From assembly GCA_964016885.1 (NCBI GenBank), contig OZ024742.1, positions 265,608,001 through 265,672,000 of the forward strand: 64,000 nt of DNA. Direction: 5' to 3'. Positions within the stretch are counted from its first letter, which is position 1. The number at the start of each line of letters is the position of its first letter. The translations under genes were made by a program, and so were the position numbers. The DNA comes from Eledone cirrhosa. Taxonomy: Eukaryota. This document shows, in pieces, positions 13,850 to 28,730 of the stretch. The notes beneath the pieces are model-generated. The model made no database searches and was not told the origin of the DNA. It worked only from the letters and a program-made list of their open reading frames with translations.

Positions 13850-14830
13850 CAAAACATTCAATGAGTAAATGGCAACCAATTTACCAGATGCAAACAAAAG
13901 AGGGAACTAGAAAAGCTAAACCAATCTCAATTAGATAAGGAATATTCCAAAGGGACACCTCCGTACCACACATATTTGGATTCAAATACAAAAGCTATTG
14001 AGTGAAAAAAAATCATCTTTTGAATATGACTGACATTAAGCCCTAAGCTGAAGTAAATAACTAGAAAATCTGCTGCAAACGATGCATGGATTTACTAGAG
14101 GTAAATAATTATCATTAATAATTATAATATAATGTTAAATAACGAAAGAAAGAAAAAACAATTAAACCAAACATAGGCATACACATTTTGAAATTAACGA
14201 ACGAATCAATGTGCAATACACATACAAAAAGTGAATGGAAAGATAACGAAGTAATATTAAATAAGCATTAGATTAGAACTTTAAACAGAACTAAATGCAA
14301 AAATCAAAAAGCCTCAATACTGAAACTAATCCAGTAATAAGTTATAGTTATAATATTTCTCAATTGGATGAACTAACAAAACAAGAAAGAAACGCATGGA
14401 AAAATGATATTTTTCCCGAATAGAGGGAGGTAGTGGTTTTATACAATAAGATAAATCTTATAGAATATACATTGCAGGCCTACAGAAATATCTAATAAAG
14501 AATAATGGAAAAATAATACAAGTACCTACAAGACTCTAATGAAGCAAAAGTTTTCTGCCTTGAATGAAGTAAATAGATACAGAATAGGGGATGCGAAGAA
14601 AGAAAAAAAAACACAAATTAAGAAAAGATAAAATACGATTCAAGTTACACGATTATATAGCAAGAACTTCCCAAACCACTACATGTTTAATATCAGAAAA
14701 TGCTGAAATTGTGTAAAGGGACAAAGAAACATTGCAGTATAATTCAAAACCAAGACAGAAGGATTCTTGATTGTGGCTTAGTATTAGAACCTTTCCACCA
14801 GAACCCACATATACGTAAATAAGGAAGCAG
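13850..14830 (+). pseudogene. Highly decayed R4/Dong-type LINE RT region
   Basis: Remnant motifs IR*GIFQRD (~13930), REVVV/GGxGL-like segment (~14420), KTEGFLIVA (~14750). Confidence 0.5.
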
Positions 14831-14994
14831 AATATATCTAATTAAGAATACCTGGAAGGTGATAAGAAACAATTACTCATATAAGTACAATAGTACTACA
14901 CCAACATCTTGCAAATATGATGAGCAGATTGAGGATGCAGAGGAGATGCAGGTTGCAACAGAAGAAATGCAAAATGGAAAGACTACATATATCA

Positions 14995-16110
14995 GCGTTC
15001 CTGGAGCGTCAAGCCTACAGGGACCGGATCAACAATTTAGTTAAACAAAATTTGTCGGAGGTTCGTCAACAACAAGAGATATTAGAGTAGTCCTGGTAGG
15101 TTTTAGTAAAGAAGTAACCATTGAGAAAAAATATAAAGGAAGGGAACGGGTAGCTAAATTAGATGAAGTTATCATAAGTTGCATTGCAACTGACGTACTA
15201 GAGGTGAGAATGGCATTAGACCATTTCTTCAATGCGAAACACGAAGGATACATTGCCAGAGCTAAGACACGGGCTCTAAGATACAAAGAATCAAAAGCTG
15301 TTTGATGGACGCGAGTACCAGAGGCATAGCGTGGTAACAAAACCACAATTCGGTCTTTGACGGGCCGAGACGAATGAGAACTGAAAGATTCCAGGCAGAC
15401 GTGTGAGGCCTTTCGTCAACACTTTGCGCGATTAATCAGGAAGACGAGGACACGAAGATATGAGCGAATTTCAATTCCTACCTCGACGACCTACTAAGTC
15501 TCTCTCCAGCCAATGCTGAGTGCTGTGAAAGACTGATAACTCCAGCCGAGATTCGGGATGCCCTAGTCGGCTGAATGATATGCAAGTCACCCGGTTTGGA
15601 TGATCTGCACTGCGAGTTTTACGAAGATATGCTAGATTTGTTCTACGATCTCCTCAAAGCAATTTACTGCAACTGGCAGCAGAACAAGAGTATTCCCAGT
15701 TCTGTGAGCAAAGGTATAGTAACGTTAATGATGAAAGATGAGAACAAGAGGGATAATTTAGATAATTGCTGGCCCATAACACTGTTAAACACAGAGTTGA
15801 AGATCTTGGCCAATGTGTTAGCGAAGAGGTTGGCGCATGTCGTCGAGGATTTGGTTGGAGTGGCACAAACTTGTGCAATCCCGACCAGTCCCATACACAA
15901 CAACCTCCACATCATGAGAGGATAAGGTGTAAACTTGGCTTCGGTGGAGCTCTAATGAATTTAGATCAATCAAAAGCTTTCGATAGAGTCGAACATTCAT
16001 TCTTAGAGGCTGTTCTCAAGGCAACTAGCTCCGGTCCCGTACGCATTGACTGACGAGCCTTTGCTGTTACAGGGCATCCCCACCCGAACCGCGACTCGGA
16101 AAGGCTGTAA
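14995..16110 (+). mobile_element. Internal fragment of Tx1/L1-clade ORF2
   Basis: KSPGLDDLHCEFY, LDNCWPITLLNTELKILANVLAKRL, NLDQSKAFDRVEHSFL. Confidence 0.9.
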
Positions 16111-16114
16111 CATT

Positions 16115-18310
16115 CCATTTCAGAATTCCCGCACTGTACCTAATAATAGACACAGCTCGGAAATTTACTGCACATTTGACATTTCTACTATTTAGATGTG
16201 ATTTTAGTATGTTCCTTACTATCCTTATGTATTTGTTGGTACCTGGATTCCGTTGCTTCTTTTTAATTACCCCTCTTCGCCACTAGGACTCCACACTTAT
16301 TAACATCAAATTCCATACATATATCATTGCTGAAAATACGGACAGTGTGAACAAATACATCCAACTCTTTCTCACTTTTCCTAAAGAGTTTTAGATCGTC
16401 CATAAAGAGGAGGAGGTTGATGGTAATCTATCCTTTTCCCAGCTTGTATCCTGCTTTGACTTTTCGCAATATGAGGGACAAGGGTATGAGGGTAAGGACA
16501 AACAACAAAAGAGGCAAACTATCTCTTTGGAAGACACCTCTCTTGATCTTCACGTCCCCCAAATATTCTCCACCTGATGTTAGCTGTTTCCCAGGACTTC
16601 ATACTTTTACTTAATGGCTGTCTGATGTTGTCTGTCACCTTGAAGATCTCTCGGCTTTTGGTTATCCAAGAATGAGGAGCCATGTCGAATGCCTTCTTGT
16701 AATCTATCCATCCCATGGCAAGACCAGTATGCCTCCTCTTGCAATTCCTCATTACCATCTTATCAATAACTAACTGGTACCATGGGACTTCTTTCGGCAT
16801 CCTTTCTGTTCGTCTGGCAATAAGTTGTTTATGTGGAGGTGATGGTAGATTTCCTCAGACACAATGCTTGTTAGCAGTTTCCGCATTACGGACAGACATG
16901 TGATAGGTCTATAGTTAGTAACCTCATTACCCTTGATTCGGTCTTTCATTACCAGAACCGTGATACCTCTTGCCAACCACTCTGGTACTTCACCCGACAT
17001 CAAGCAATCATTGAACATAGCTGTCAGTTTGCGGTGGAGGGATGTTATATTTTTTATCCAATATCCTTCAATACCACCAGGGCCTTGTGATTTCCAGTTG
17101 GTTAGTTTTTGTCCTGCCTTTGAAGAGTTTCAACTGTGATACTCAAATCAGTTTGTTGGTGTGCTTGTTCACTAATCTCCTCTTTAACTGTTTCAATCCA
17201 CACTGCCGGACTATTATGTTCAACATCCTGCTCGCATATTTCTCTCCAGAATGCCTTAGTCTGTTCAGCTTCAGGGATCACGTCATTACCTCTTTCTTTC
17301 TCTTCAATCTGTTCAAATAACATCTTCTGGTTGTTGTCAAACATGCGGTTCTGTCTATACTGACTAACTCTCTTCTCATATCGTTTAATCTTTGCGCATT
17401 TTGCTACTATACGTTGCTTCAGTTCCTCTATCATAACATTTAGCTCTTTTCCCTTAGTGTTGTATTTTATTTTCAATCTATCTTTAGTGTCTATGTTTTG
17501 TAATGCCCCATTTAGTAAAGACTCAAGCTTTCCAATGTCTTTTCTCATTTCCTTGATTTGACCATTCAGTCGTTTCTTCCACCAAGGCTCTGATCTTTCT
17601 TGTTTGTTGTTTCCTTTTGTTTTTATACCAAGTAATTTTGTCACCACATTTGCGGTTGCTTTGAGGATATTGTTGCATTGGCGAAGAATCGCCTCAAGGT
17701 ATGGGATGACCCTGTTTACTTTAGCTGTCGTTTCTTTTAACTTTTTCCTGTCTACAAATCTTAGGTTCATAGGTTTTCTACTATCATTGTTCATTTCATC
17801 TACCACTAAGTTCAGAATATCAACAAAATCTTGCCCTAGCCCGTCAGCATTCATTTCCTCAATGGCCGTATCTTTGTTCCAGATGTTATTTATTTCAGAA
17901 TTCAGATCATTGTCTGCTTCAGTTGCTTCCCCAGGTCTCTCAACCTCTTCAACCTCATTTCTCACTGGTTCATTTACCTGATATACCCAACTCTCCATTT
18001 TCAACTCAATCTCTCTGCTCAGTTCCTCCAGTTCCAACTCGTTTATGCATCCATTAGTTCTTATTACACTGGCCAATTTTTGTTCACCTAGTTTAGGTAG
18101 ACCAATCTTGTTCCAGATGTTATGCATCCGTTTCCTATAGTCTTTTTCCATGAGGTTACTCTTCAGGTAACATTTCATGACAGTTCTATTCAATTCTTTC
18201 GTCCAGTTGGTTCTTGCCCCGATCCTTCTTCTTCCTCCAACACCAGTAGTATTTGGATGACAGCCAAGTCCCTGCTGCTGGGTCAGGGGACACTTGCTAG
18301 GTGAGAATCT
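16115..18310 (-). mobile_element. R4/Dong-type non-LTR retrotransposon, N-terminus and RT, 3' truncated
   Basis: 363-aa ORF 17102-18193 with typical N-terminus (VMKCY...YRKRMHNIW; PWWKKRL; RYEKR..QYRQNRMF). RT motifs NYRPITCL, LPDEQKGC, WIDYKKAFD, RGVFQRDSL, LLFMDDLKL. Confidence 0.88.
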
Positions 18311-18494
18311 CTTTTATATGCATTTAGAGTTCACCAGAATGTGGTGTTAAACTACAACAGCATGAATGGTGAACAAAGTCCTTAGAGCATAGGACAAATT
18401 GCCCTTTGGTATTTTTCCGGCAATCTGAGTTCAGGTCCTACCACAACTTTGCCGATCATTCTTTCGAGGTGATAAATTAAAATACTAACCAAAA

Positions 18495-18745
18495 GCGGTG
18501 GATTAGTGGAGGGTTGGGGCATTTGTTCAGGCTCTTTGTGATCTAAATTCAAATCCCACTCTAGCCGACTGATCATCCATTCTCTGATATAACACCATCA
18601 CCTGCCTCTTGGGTGCCTTTAGCATTATACTCCAACTATTTGGACCAGGTCTCCAGTTTGAGGATACATTTCTTTTTCCTTTCCACCGGTCCTGGCGCTC
18701 TGAAAATGGTTCTGTGCATTGTTCTTCTCCCCAGGAGCAAATAGT
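18495..18745 (+). mobile_element. Possible second SINE family (tRNA-like head, different body)
   Basis: Head GGTGGATTAG...AAATTCAAATCCC resembles the main SINE head, followed by an unrelated body (TTTGGACCAGGTCTCCAGTTTGAGGATA...TTCCACCGGTCCTG). Confidence 0.4.
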
Positions 18746-19004
18746 AAAATCTAAATGACAAAACAGCAACAAAAGAGGTTGATCATTAAAAAGCAATCAG
18801 ATTTATACACATTAAGTATCTCATTTCAGTTGTGACGACATCAGGACATCCGGACTAACGTTTTCATTCCACATTCCGCTATTGTTGATTTAAATCTTTT
18901 CACGTATAGGAAAGATGTATTAGCTAACTACAGAAGTCGATTTCATCGACTGTTCATTTCAATAAGATGGTTGGTTTTGTCGTAATATTATTATGATTAG
19001 CAGA

Positions 19005-19186
19005 TGGGCGGTTAATTGGCAGATTCGGTAGAGAGTCGGACATGCTTTCCCGCATAGTTACGTCCCTTTACGATCTGAGTTCCAATCCTGCCGAGGTTAA
19101 CTTTGCCTTTCATCCTTACGGGGTCGATAAAATAAAGTACCAGTAATGTACTGGATAATTGCTGGCCTTGTGCCTAAAAAACCCCA
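19005..19186 (+). mobile_element. tRNA-derived SINE inserted at the Helitron terminus
   Basis: Boxes A/B and core. 18-bp TSD ATTATTATGA(T/C)TAGCAGA (18987-19004, 19187-19204). Confidence 0.9.
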
Positions 19187-19196
19187 ATTATTATGA

Positions 19197-19735
19197 CTAG
19201 CAGAAAAACCACCCTTCGGGTGGTTTTCTGCTAGCATGTGTAGTGTGTATATTGATATTATACGCAAGTATATATACATGTAGATATGATACATCAAATA
19301 AAATCGTAATTGACAATATAAAGAGAAATTGAACGAAGACGTTGTTACACTGTCTTATGTAATCAGTAATGTATTCCATGACACATTAAAAAAAGACGAT
19401 ATTATATATAAACTGCATTAGGAGAAAATTAGTGGCAAAAAAATAGTAGCCACCGGAAGTGTTGACATCACACACTCACTCTTTCTCTATATATATGGTA
19501 GTAGAAATTGGTGGTGATGGTGGTGGTGGCAACGATATACCGGAAGTGCAACTTTAAAAAAGAAGTCAATTTTAAATTATTTATTTTTACGAAATTATTT
19601 TTATTTACGAAATTTAGTAGATAAATTATGTAATATTCATTCATTATTTATTCAAAGTAAGCCAACTTATTTTACTAACGGGATAAAAAAATAATCCGTA
19701 CGCAGTCCGCAGACCTTCCTTTATTATAGTTTAGA
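19197..19735 (-). mobile_element. Complete non-autonomous Helitron
   Basis: Minus strand begins A|TCTAAACTATAATAAAG and ends with hairpin CCACCC-GAA-GGGTGG then TTTTTCTG CTAG|T. Related copy at 32.1-32.5 kb. Confidence 0.8.
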
Positions 19736-19779
19736 TTATATATGTGTGTGTATGTTTGCATGTATACACATACAAACAC

Positions 19780-19821
<42 letters not shown>

Positions 19822-20806
19822 TTTTCAGTCCTATCCGATGACTTCGTTTCAGTTTTATCATATATAGATATATTTCACGTGTTCGCTATTCGGAGCTAAT
19901 GCTTACTAGTATATGTTCCAGGTTTTCGCAGAGGCTAATTTTAAATTTCATCCTTCCGGGGTCGATAAAATAAAATACCAGTAAAGACCACCTCCACATA
20001 CACACACACAAACTGTTGGCCTTGAGTCTAAATTGGAAAACATTAATTAATATGGTTGCTACTGTTTCTACTACTGGAAGCTTCTTAAAAAGACTTTCTA
20101 CATCTAAATGTTGCGTACTTCATTGGGTTCTTCGAATATCTTAAGGAATCCTACAGATAGCCGTATACTGAATCTGAACTGTGTGGATTTTATGATAATG
20201 TTATGTTATCTAATTGTGTATTGCTATATTTATTTAAGATAATATGGGTCGGGAGGGGTTTCTTTGTTTCGGCATTTTTACAGTTCCCTCGATATATGCT
20301 GGAGGAATTCTCTTTCAATGCGAGTGTAAGTTACAGTTTCCTATTTGTACACTTATCACCGTAATTAATTTATTCACTTCAACTTTTTTTTAGCTGGTTA
20401 GCTTTCTGAATCTGTATAACTTTCTTTTTGCCATTGTAAAAAGTAATGTTTGGCAATATATTCATCTGTATCCATGATTACAAATATCTTTTGCGTTTCC
20501 TCTTATTTATTGTGATGCCATCGTTATATTATTTTATTAAGCAGATCTTGTTTAATTTTCGAGTTTAGTATTTGTTCATTGTTGTGCATGTATCTACGTT
20601 TATATATTTACAACGGCATAAGTATAGAAGTTTATATTCTATGCTCATAATGATTTTATCAGTGGTAGGACTTGTTATAGAGGTTTGATTTCAACATTTT
20701 CTTTTTGTCATATTTCTGATGTAAATGAAAGAAATATTGGCTCGCTGCGCGCTCTATAAGAAGGCAGCAATAAAACGAACAACACTTCATCCGGAAGATG
20801 AAACTA

Positions 20807-22081
20807 TGGGTTGGCAAGAAAGTAATTTTGTTTTGCGCAAACAGACAGAGTTACGATTTCTTTGAATGACTTTTGTCAATATTATGAAGTTTTCCTTTTG
20901 ACATTTGATAGCCATTACTTTTAGCTTACTTTAGAAGCAAATTGCGCGTAATATTGTTTACAGCTGTTAGTTCAGTGTCAATGTTACCATGGAGTGCAAA
21001 AACGAACATTTAAAACCATATTTTGTTTTTTTATTTCCGTAAAAGCAAGAAAGCTGTTGAGGCTCACAGAAAGATATGTGAAGTTTATGGAGTTGATTGC
21101 TTAACACAACGCACAAGTCAGAAATGGTTTTGAAAATTCCGTTTTGGAGATTTTTCACTCAAACATGACCAACGTTCTGGTCGACCTACTGAAGTTAATG
21201 ATGACCGAATCAAAACCATAATTGAATTTGATTGTCATATAACTGTGCAAGTGATTGCAGAGAGGTTAAATGTATCACACACAATAATTGAAAATCACTT
21301 AAAATGTCTTGGACTCGTTTAGAAGCTCGATATTTGGGTTCCACATAAATTGAAAGAGATTCACTTAACACAACGAATCAATATTTGCGATATGCATCGC
21401 AAATGCAATGAAATCGACCTTTTTTTTAAACGAATCATCACTGGTGATGAAAAATGGATTGTCTACAATAATATCAATCGTAAACAATCATGGTCCAAGC
21501 GTAATGAACCAGCACAAAACACATCGAAAGCTGAATTGCATAAAAAGCTGTCAATTTGGTGGGTTACAAAGGTGTGTATTTTGAGCTGCATCCAAGGAAC
21601 CAAACGATCAATTCAGATGTTTACTGTCAACAACTAATTAAATTGGAGGAAGCGATCAAAGAAAAACGGCCAGAATTGGCAAATTGTAAAGGAATCGTGT
21701 TCCACCATTAGAACGCCAGACCACACACGTCTTTACTAACTCGTAAAAAACTATTGGAGCTTGGTTGGGAAGTGATGTCACACCCACCATACAGCCCTGC
21801 CCTTGCACCATCCGATTAACATTTATTTAGAAGTTAGCAAAATTCTTTGAATGGTAAAACCTTCAATAATTGTGATGACCTGAAATCGCACTTGCTTCAG
21901 TTTTTTGTTGATAAGGACCAGAAGTTCTATGAGTATGGAATCAGGAAGTTGCCAGAAAGATGGCAAGAGGTCATCAAACAAAATGGAAAATATATAATTG
22001 ATTAAAGTTCATTCTTTGTATGGAAATAAAATGACATTTATTTCACACTAAAAGCCGAAATTACTTTCTTGCCAACATCAA
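20807..22081 (+). mobile_element. Full-length defective mariner (D,D34D) transposon
   Basis: TIRs TGGGTTGGCAAGAAAGTAATT / AATTACTTTCTTGCCAACATCAA with flanking TA. Transposase ~20989-22004 with RSGRP, WVPHKL, IITGDEKW, HPPYSPALAPSD; stops and frameshifts present. Confidence 0.95.
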
Positions 22082-22183
22082 TAGGAAAGTCTAAAATCGT
22101 TGATGATATATGCGAGAACTTTATTGCTGCAAGCATTTTGCATAACTCAGAAGAAAATGTGAAAATAGAAACGTTCACCCCCT

Positions 22184-22233
<50 letters not shown>

Positions 22234-22445
22234 GCGCGCCCGTGTATGTGTATCTGCTATTATAAAATTTCTACGTCTAAAATTGTCGTTGTTGAGATAC
22301 AATTACATTTTTAGAAAATAGTAAGAGGCAACATTTATAAATATAATATTAATACAGATTTAAAATTTCGAAAGAACAGTAATATAACTGTCACAAAAGT
22401 TTCTTAGGTTTCACAACCACGCACAATAAAGTACTTCTTCGTTTG

Positions 22446-22562
<117 letters not shown>

Positions 22563-22601
22563 TATATACATATATGTATATACATATACATACATATACT
22601 C

Positions 22602-22633
<32 letters not shown>

Positions 22634-23032
22634 GTATAAACATATATATACTACTATAGCAATGCCAATGACAACAACAGCTGTGGCGATAGAGTTTCGG
22701 TAGAGGTCAGAAATCTTGAGAATTGCTTCTGGTTATGCATTTTAGAAATATGTTAAATAAGTTTCCTAGAAAGGGAGTTGTCCTCAATGTAAACATACAC
22801 ACGCTCACTTATACACACTAACATAGATATACATTTATACACACACACATACATTTAATGTATATATAATAATATATATATATGTATATATATAATATGT
22901 ATATATATATATATATTATATACACACACACATATATGTGTGTGTGCGTGTGTACGTATATACACATACATCCACGTCACGTATAAATAAGTGTGCATAC
23001 ACGAATAAACAAATAAGATCTTACTCATGCAC

Positions 23033-23137
<105 letters not shown>

Positions 23138-23623
23138 TGTGTATGTGTGTGTGTGAGTGTATGTGTGTGTGTATGTGTATATGCACGTACGTATGTATGT
23201 ATATATGTATATATGCACATATATTTTTATTATAATTTGCATATGTATAATACATATCTCTCTCTCAACATATGTGTGTTTGAAAGAGTGTATCAAATTA
23301 TGCGCTAAGCAGCGGAAATATACGATGAATCTGTATATACACATCATAGATGTAACCGATTCTGTGTGAATGTGCATATAAATTTATAATTTGAGTATTT
23401 AGACGTGTAAACATGCCTAATGAATTTCCCTATGAATTGAAATCAGTTCTCAAATCTTTATGTTTCGCGCCAGTAAATACTTATTTCTTCTTCACAGCCA
23501 TAAGGAAATACGTGAAACGATGTCAAAAGCTATACGACCACAAATACCTTAGATCAAGTTTACCCCTATTAATTTCACACATTGTGCATTTCGCTTAGAA
23601 TCTGACAATGAGAAGCACTTCTT

Positions 23624-23692
<69 letters not shown>

Positions 23693-23831
23693 TCTCTCTC
23701 TTTCTCTTTCTCTCTCTCTCTATCGGGCCAGATCCAACATTGAGCTGATCAATAGCCAAATGTGCGCCACCAATCAATAAACGTAATGAAGGCATAACAA
23801 ATCGTCCTTGTATTATTATTATTTTGCATAT

Positions 23832-23899
<68 letters not shown>

Positions 23900-24330
23900 A
23901 GAGAGGGAGAGAGAGAGAAAATTAGAGTTGAATAATCCACTGTTATTTGGTAAGATGCATCAAGCTCATTGCGTTGTTAAAATTGACAGTTTGACAGTAT
24001 GCAGGAATTCAAGTCGAAGGTATACTCCAGAGGCTTAGGATAGATGAAGACAATGGAAGTCGCAGAGCATAAATAATTAATATGAGTGGCATATATATAT
24101 ATATATAATTATAAGTTTGAAGAACAGTCAGATAAAATTTACCTAGTTTTCCTTCTTAGTCCGAAGAAATTAACTCGACAAATTTAAATGGAGCTAGGTT
24201 TAAAATGTAAGTTTGAAGAAAATATAGATAAACATTACCAAAAATTCTTCTAGTCCCCACTTTTTACAATTCGATCGTATTTTGTGGAAATGTCTAATCG
24301 TTGCATTATCAATAAGGCCTCCCAACTTAT

Positions 24331-24415
<85 letters not shown>

Positions 24416-24599
24416 GGTTTGAAGGTTCACCACTGGATAGAGCTGGTCAATTCCGTATGGTCAATCTTGATGTAATAATATGGAGAGTACTCAACGTACA
24501 GCAGCTCAACCGTCTTTGTTTTTGTAGTTGGTGGTGCTATTACGGAGTTAAATATTATAATAAAATAACAGGAGGCTGGACTTGTGTAAATCTTTGAAA

Positions 24600-24668
24600 G
24601 GTTTATTATACTATGATCCTTTCAATGACCGGGTTCCGTATGAATCCGGTGATATCATCAGGTCTTCG
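24600..24668 (-). ncRNA. Degenerate HHR-like motif in a PLE pseudo-LTR-like remnant
   Basis: CTGATGA t atcaccggattc-atacg-gaacccggtcat t GAAA ggatc...AATAAA. Stems I and III are poor. Confidence 0.4.
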
Positions 24669-24776
24669 AAATATAATAAATGAATGTAACAGATAAAATC
24701 CATGGGGCTGAAAATCATAGACCCGAGGACGACCGACCATCTAGCATCTTCCACTTCAGCCGGTCGCCCTCAAGTC

Positions 24777-24814
<38 letters not shown>

Positions 24815-25655
24815 ACAACGTGTGTGAAACTCGAACATTCAAACTTACGAAGCATTGAAGAAATAAATGTATTGATGCAGGACGCTCAAGCGCAGAAAGC
24901 AACTGCAGTTACAATTAGTTGCTATGAAATAGCTTCTAAAAATCGGATAAAGACCCTTAGAGACGGAAAACTATGTTGACAGAGGCCCATAGAACTGAGA
25001 GACCTCTGACAACGTCTTACCGTCTAAATTAAGGATCTGAATCAAACAACTTTTGAAAATATAATCAACGTGTGTGAACCTCGAACATTCAAATTACGAA
25101 GCTTCTTCTTCGCCCACTTATTTCGGAGAGGGTCATGGGGGCAGGGTCTTCAAACACTCCTTCCAGCAGAACCTGTCAGAGGCAAATGTTTCCAATTCAT
25201 CCAGCTGAGCCCCAAGTAAGACCAGCCAATCTCATGGATGTTATCCAACTATCTTGCTCGGTGTCTAACTCTGAGTTACCTGCCGGTTGGTTTTTGCCCA
25301 TAAAATCTGTCCAGCGATTCTTTCCTGAGGCATCCTAACCACATGCCAGTAGTATGGGAGTGGTGATCTCTTAATGACGCTTGTATTTGCGATTGTATTC
25401 TTTCGGTCATTACCCAAGATTCATAACCATAGTTAAGGGTTGGCATAAATAGCGAATTGAAGACAGTGAGATTGACTTTTACGGCTGCCTCCCTCCTTCT
25501 GTTTAGCGATGCTGAAGCTGGTGCATTACTGAAAATGAATTTATAGAAGATGTAGGATTCTTAAGTGCAGAAAATATCTGCAATTACAGTCAATTGCTAT
25601 AACAGAAGCTTATAAAAGTTGGATACAGACCCTTAGAGACGGAAAATGATATTGC
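24815..25655 (+). repeat. Diverged tandem duplication (~250-bp unit); second copy interrupted by an RTE fragment
   Basis: CAACGTGTGTGAA(A/C)CTCGAACATTCAAA at ~24816 and ~25066. GACCCTTAGAGACGGAAAA at ~24952 and ~25629. Confidence 0.75.
25102..25525 (-). mobile_element. 3' end of the same RTE/Rex3-like LINE family as 6.9-8.7 kb, internally deleted
   Basis: Shared GGTTTTGCCCATAAAATCTGTCCAGCGATTCTTTC and GAAGAAG tail. Confidence 0.88.
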
Positions 25656-26596
25656 AAGCGGCTGGTGTGTGTATGGAAGTAAGTAAATATGTATGTAGAA
25701 TGTATGCATGTACATATGTATGTGTGTGTTTATGTGCATATATATGCATACGTCGGATGTTGTATCCTCAACTGTGAAATATAATTTGTTGTTTGTTGAG
25801 GATATTGGACAGTATATCCTTCATTCCAACCAAACGAATTCCTCTGCAGAGTAACCATCACAAACAAAACCACCACTTTTAAAATGAGACTTTATGTAAT
25901 ATTTGCCCTTCAAAACAATAACTCATATACGAATTTCTAAATATACACAAGGTTTTATGTATAACATCTTACCCATACTAGTGACTGGTCTGTGTTATTG
26001 ATTTTTTACGGAATATAGGGATGCGGATCGGTGTTTGGTTTAACGAGAATTATGTGTGCGGGTCAGTGGTTGGTTACACGCTAATATGGGTGGGGGGGTC
26101 TGAATGCGAGTTTAGGCGTTTAGTTTATATCTTGTTTTGGTTTGGCTTTGGTTTTCTGAATGAGGTTTCTTTACGGGTTTATATATCGCCTGCATTCTAG
26201 TTTGGCATTGGTTTTCTGGATATTTTGTTTATAGGTTAAGCCAATCAACGGCCTTATTTGCACGCGCACACACACACACACATACTTACGCACACAAACA
26301 CATGCACACACAGTGAGTGAGTGCGTGTCTGTGTGTGTATATATATATATATGTGTGTTTGTGTGTGGGTGTGTTTGTGTGTGTATGTGTATATGTGTGT
26401 ATGTGTGTGTGTGTGTGAGAGAGAGAGTGTGTGTGTGTGTATTATGTAAAATTGGATAAAAAAAGAAAACGAGAAAATTATGAGAACGAAAACCATATCT
26501 GAATGAAAAACGAAGTCACGGAAACATGAGAAAACCACAAACAAATATACAATGACTAATGACATATTTATACCAGTCCTTGAACTGTGGTCAAAT

Positions 26597-26639
<43 letters not shown>

Positions 26640-26708
26640 AATGTTTGACGTAAGAGGCATTGGGAAAATTTGAAATTTGTTACGTGTGTGTCCCTGCGCA
26701 TATTACCA

Positions 26709-26900
26709 TAATAATTGTTTCTACTTTTGGCACAAGGCCATCAATTATCCCAGTGCATTGCTGGTACTTTATTTTATCGACCCCGTAAGGATGAAAGGCA
26801 AAGTTAACCTCGGTGGGATTTGAACTCAGATCATAAAAGGCCGTAACTCTATGCTTCAAAGCATGGCGTCTGACCCTATACCGATACTAGTAGATCAGCA
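26709..26900 (-). mobile_element. tRNA-derived SINE
   Basis: Core, box B and AGAAACAATTATTA tail on minus. Confidence 0.9.
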
Positions 26901-27449
26901 TAAATAATAGTCGACCGTGGTTTAAACGTCTAGCAGCAGACTTAAAATCTTGTAAATAGGCGAGATTCGTCGTCAACAGCACTTTACCGCAATTGTAAAC
27001 GCACTCGCCCGGAATCCGAGAGGCGTATGGTTCGATTTATCACAGGCATTGCTGTCTCTTTTCTTTTAATTTAGTTGATCTGCTAGGGCATTGGATAGAA
27101 TGCGCTGTAAGATATAATCAGGTTCTCTGTGTTCATATCCACCAAAGTTTACTTTGCCCAATACCCGAAAAAGCTTAACAGAGTAGAAGTAGAGAGGGAA
27201 AACTATGCATATTACAAAACGTATACTATAACACCAATATAAATGAGAACATCAACAAAAACAGCAACAATAAAAACGATAGCAACTGGAGCAGCAACGA
27301 AATCAACAATACAAATAACTTCTCTGTTGAACGCCATAATAAACTAATGTGTGTGTTTGTGCATATACTTGTGTGTGTCGTGTGTTTGTGTTTATGTGTG
27401 TACGTGTACGTGTTCGTGAGGAAGAGAGGGGGAATGAGAAACACAACAG

Positions 27450-27521
<72 letters not shown>

Positions 27522-27613
27522 CATAAAAACATGTCTTCAAGTAAATTTAATTGTACCCTATTATTGCGGTTTCTAGATCAGCTATAAATAGAAAATGCTG
27601 GATATAATGTAAC

Positions 27614-27649
<36 letters not shown>

Positions 27650-27657
27650 GTAACTAC

Positions 27658-27724
<67 letters not shown>

Positions 27725-28730
27725 CTCTATATACATATATGTGTTCGTATTATATATGTACAGCATAAAGCATAGATTAAAGAAATCTTTATAAGAAAAT
27801 ATTCATACCGTGTTATTAAAATTTGTTTAGTTTTCTAAACAACAAAGAGAACAATTAGATTTAATAACCAAAATACAATGCGTTGAATTTGATGACATCA
27901 AACGAATCTAATGCTTACATCTCATCAATGGAGGTAGAATCTTGATTAACAAAACTTTTCCTGTTAGCCACGGGAATATTACGTAACACATGATAGAATA
28001 TAATTATATTTTGTATAATAAGATAAATATTTCAAACATTTTTACATTGAGAGGTAATTCATATGTTCTATTTTGCATTAATCTAAATTTCATTATACTT
28101 TCATTGCTGAACTCATCTCATCAGACTAATTATTTGGAACAGTACACACACACACATATATATATATACCGCATACACATACTCACACGTACACACACAG
28201 AGAAAAACCTCAGAGACATACGCACACACACACACATACCAGTGTGCGCACTTCCCTTTATTATACTCAAGGACACAGGCTGAAGCCACAGACAAATACC
28301 AGTTTCTTCCTTTCGACACACACACACACAACCATACCTATTTCACCACTTACACTCCACCATAGGCCCCCCCAAGGCCGGACCTTTCACCCATCTCCCC
28401 TTATCACCATATTATCTATCTATCTATATATATATAAGTTGAAATAAAATGAAAACGAAATTTCATTTCTCACTGTTAGCACGGCACTTACTTAAATGTA
28501 AGTATGTGTGTATACGTACATACATATATGTATACAGACGTACAGTAGCATGCATATATATATACACATATATACATACAGGTACACATACATATATGCA
28601 CGTATCAGTTTAGCGGACGCTTATTATAACGCCGCTTTGTTCGTTTGTAAACAAACTGAACAGCCTGAATTTTTATGCCGTACGGTGTTAAGGCAACCAC
28701 GTCACCTTTTTGTTCAACACTGACACAGGA

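Noticed and set aside
18590-18775. Apparent splice acceptor and exon on the minus strand
   Set aside because: No convincing donor or protein similarity. It is better explained as a SINE body on +.
20050-20700. Possible decayed restriction-like endonuclease LINE 3' end on minus
   Set aside because: Only a vague resemblance, with no clean motif.
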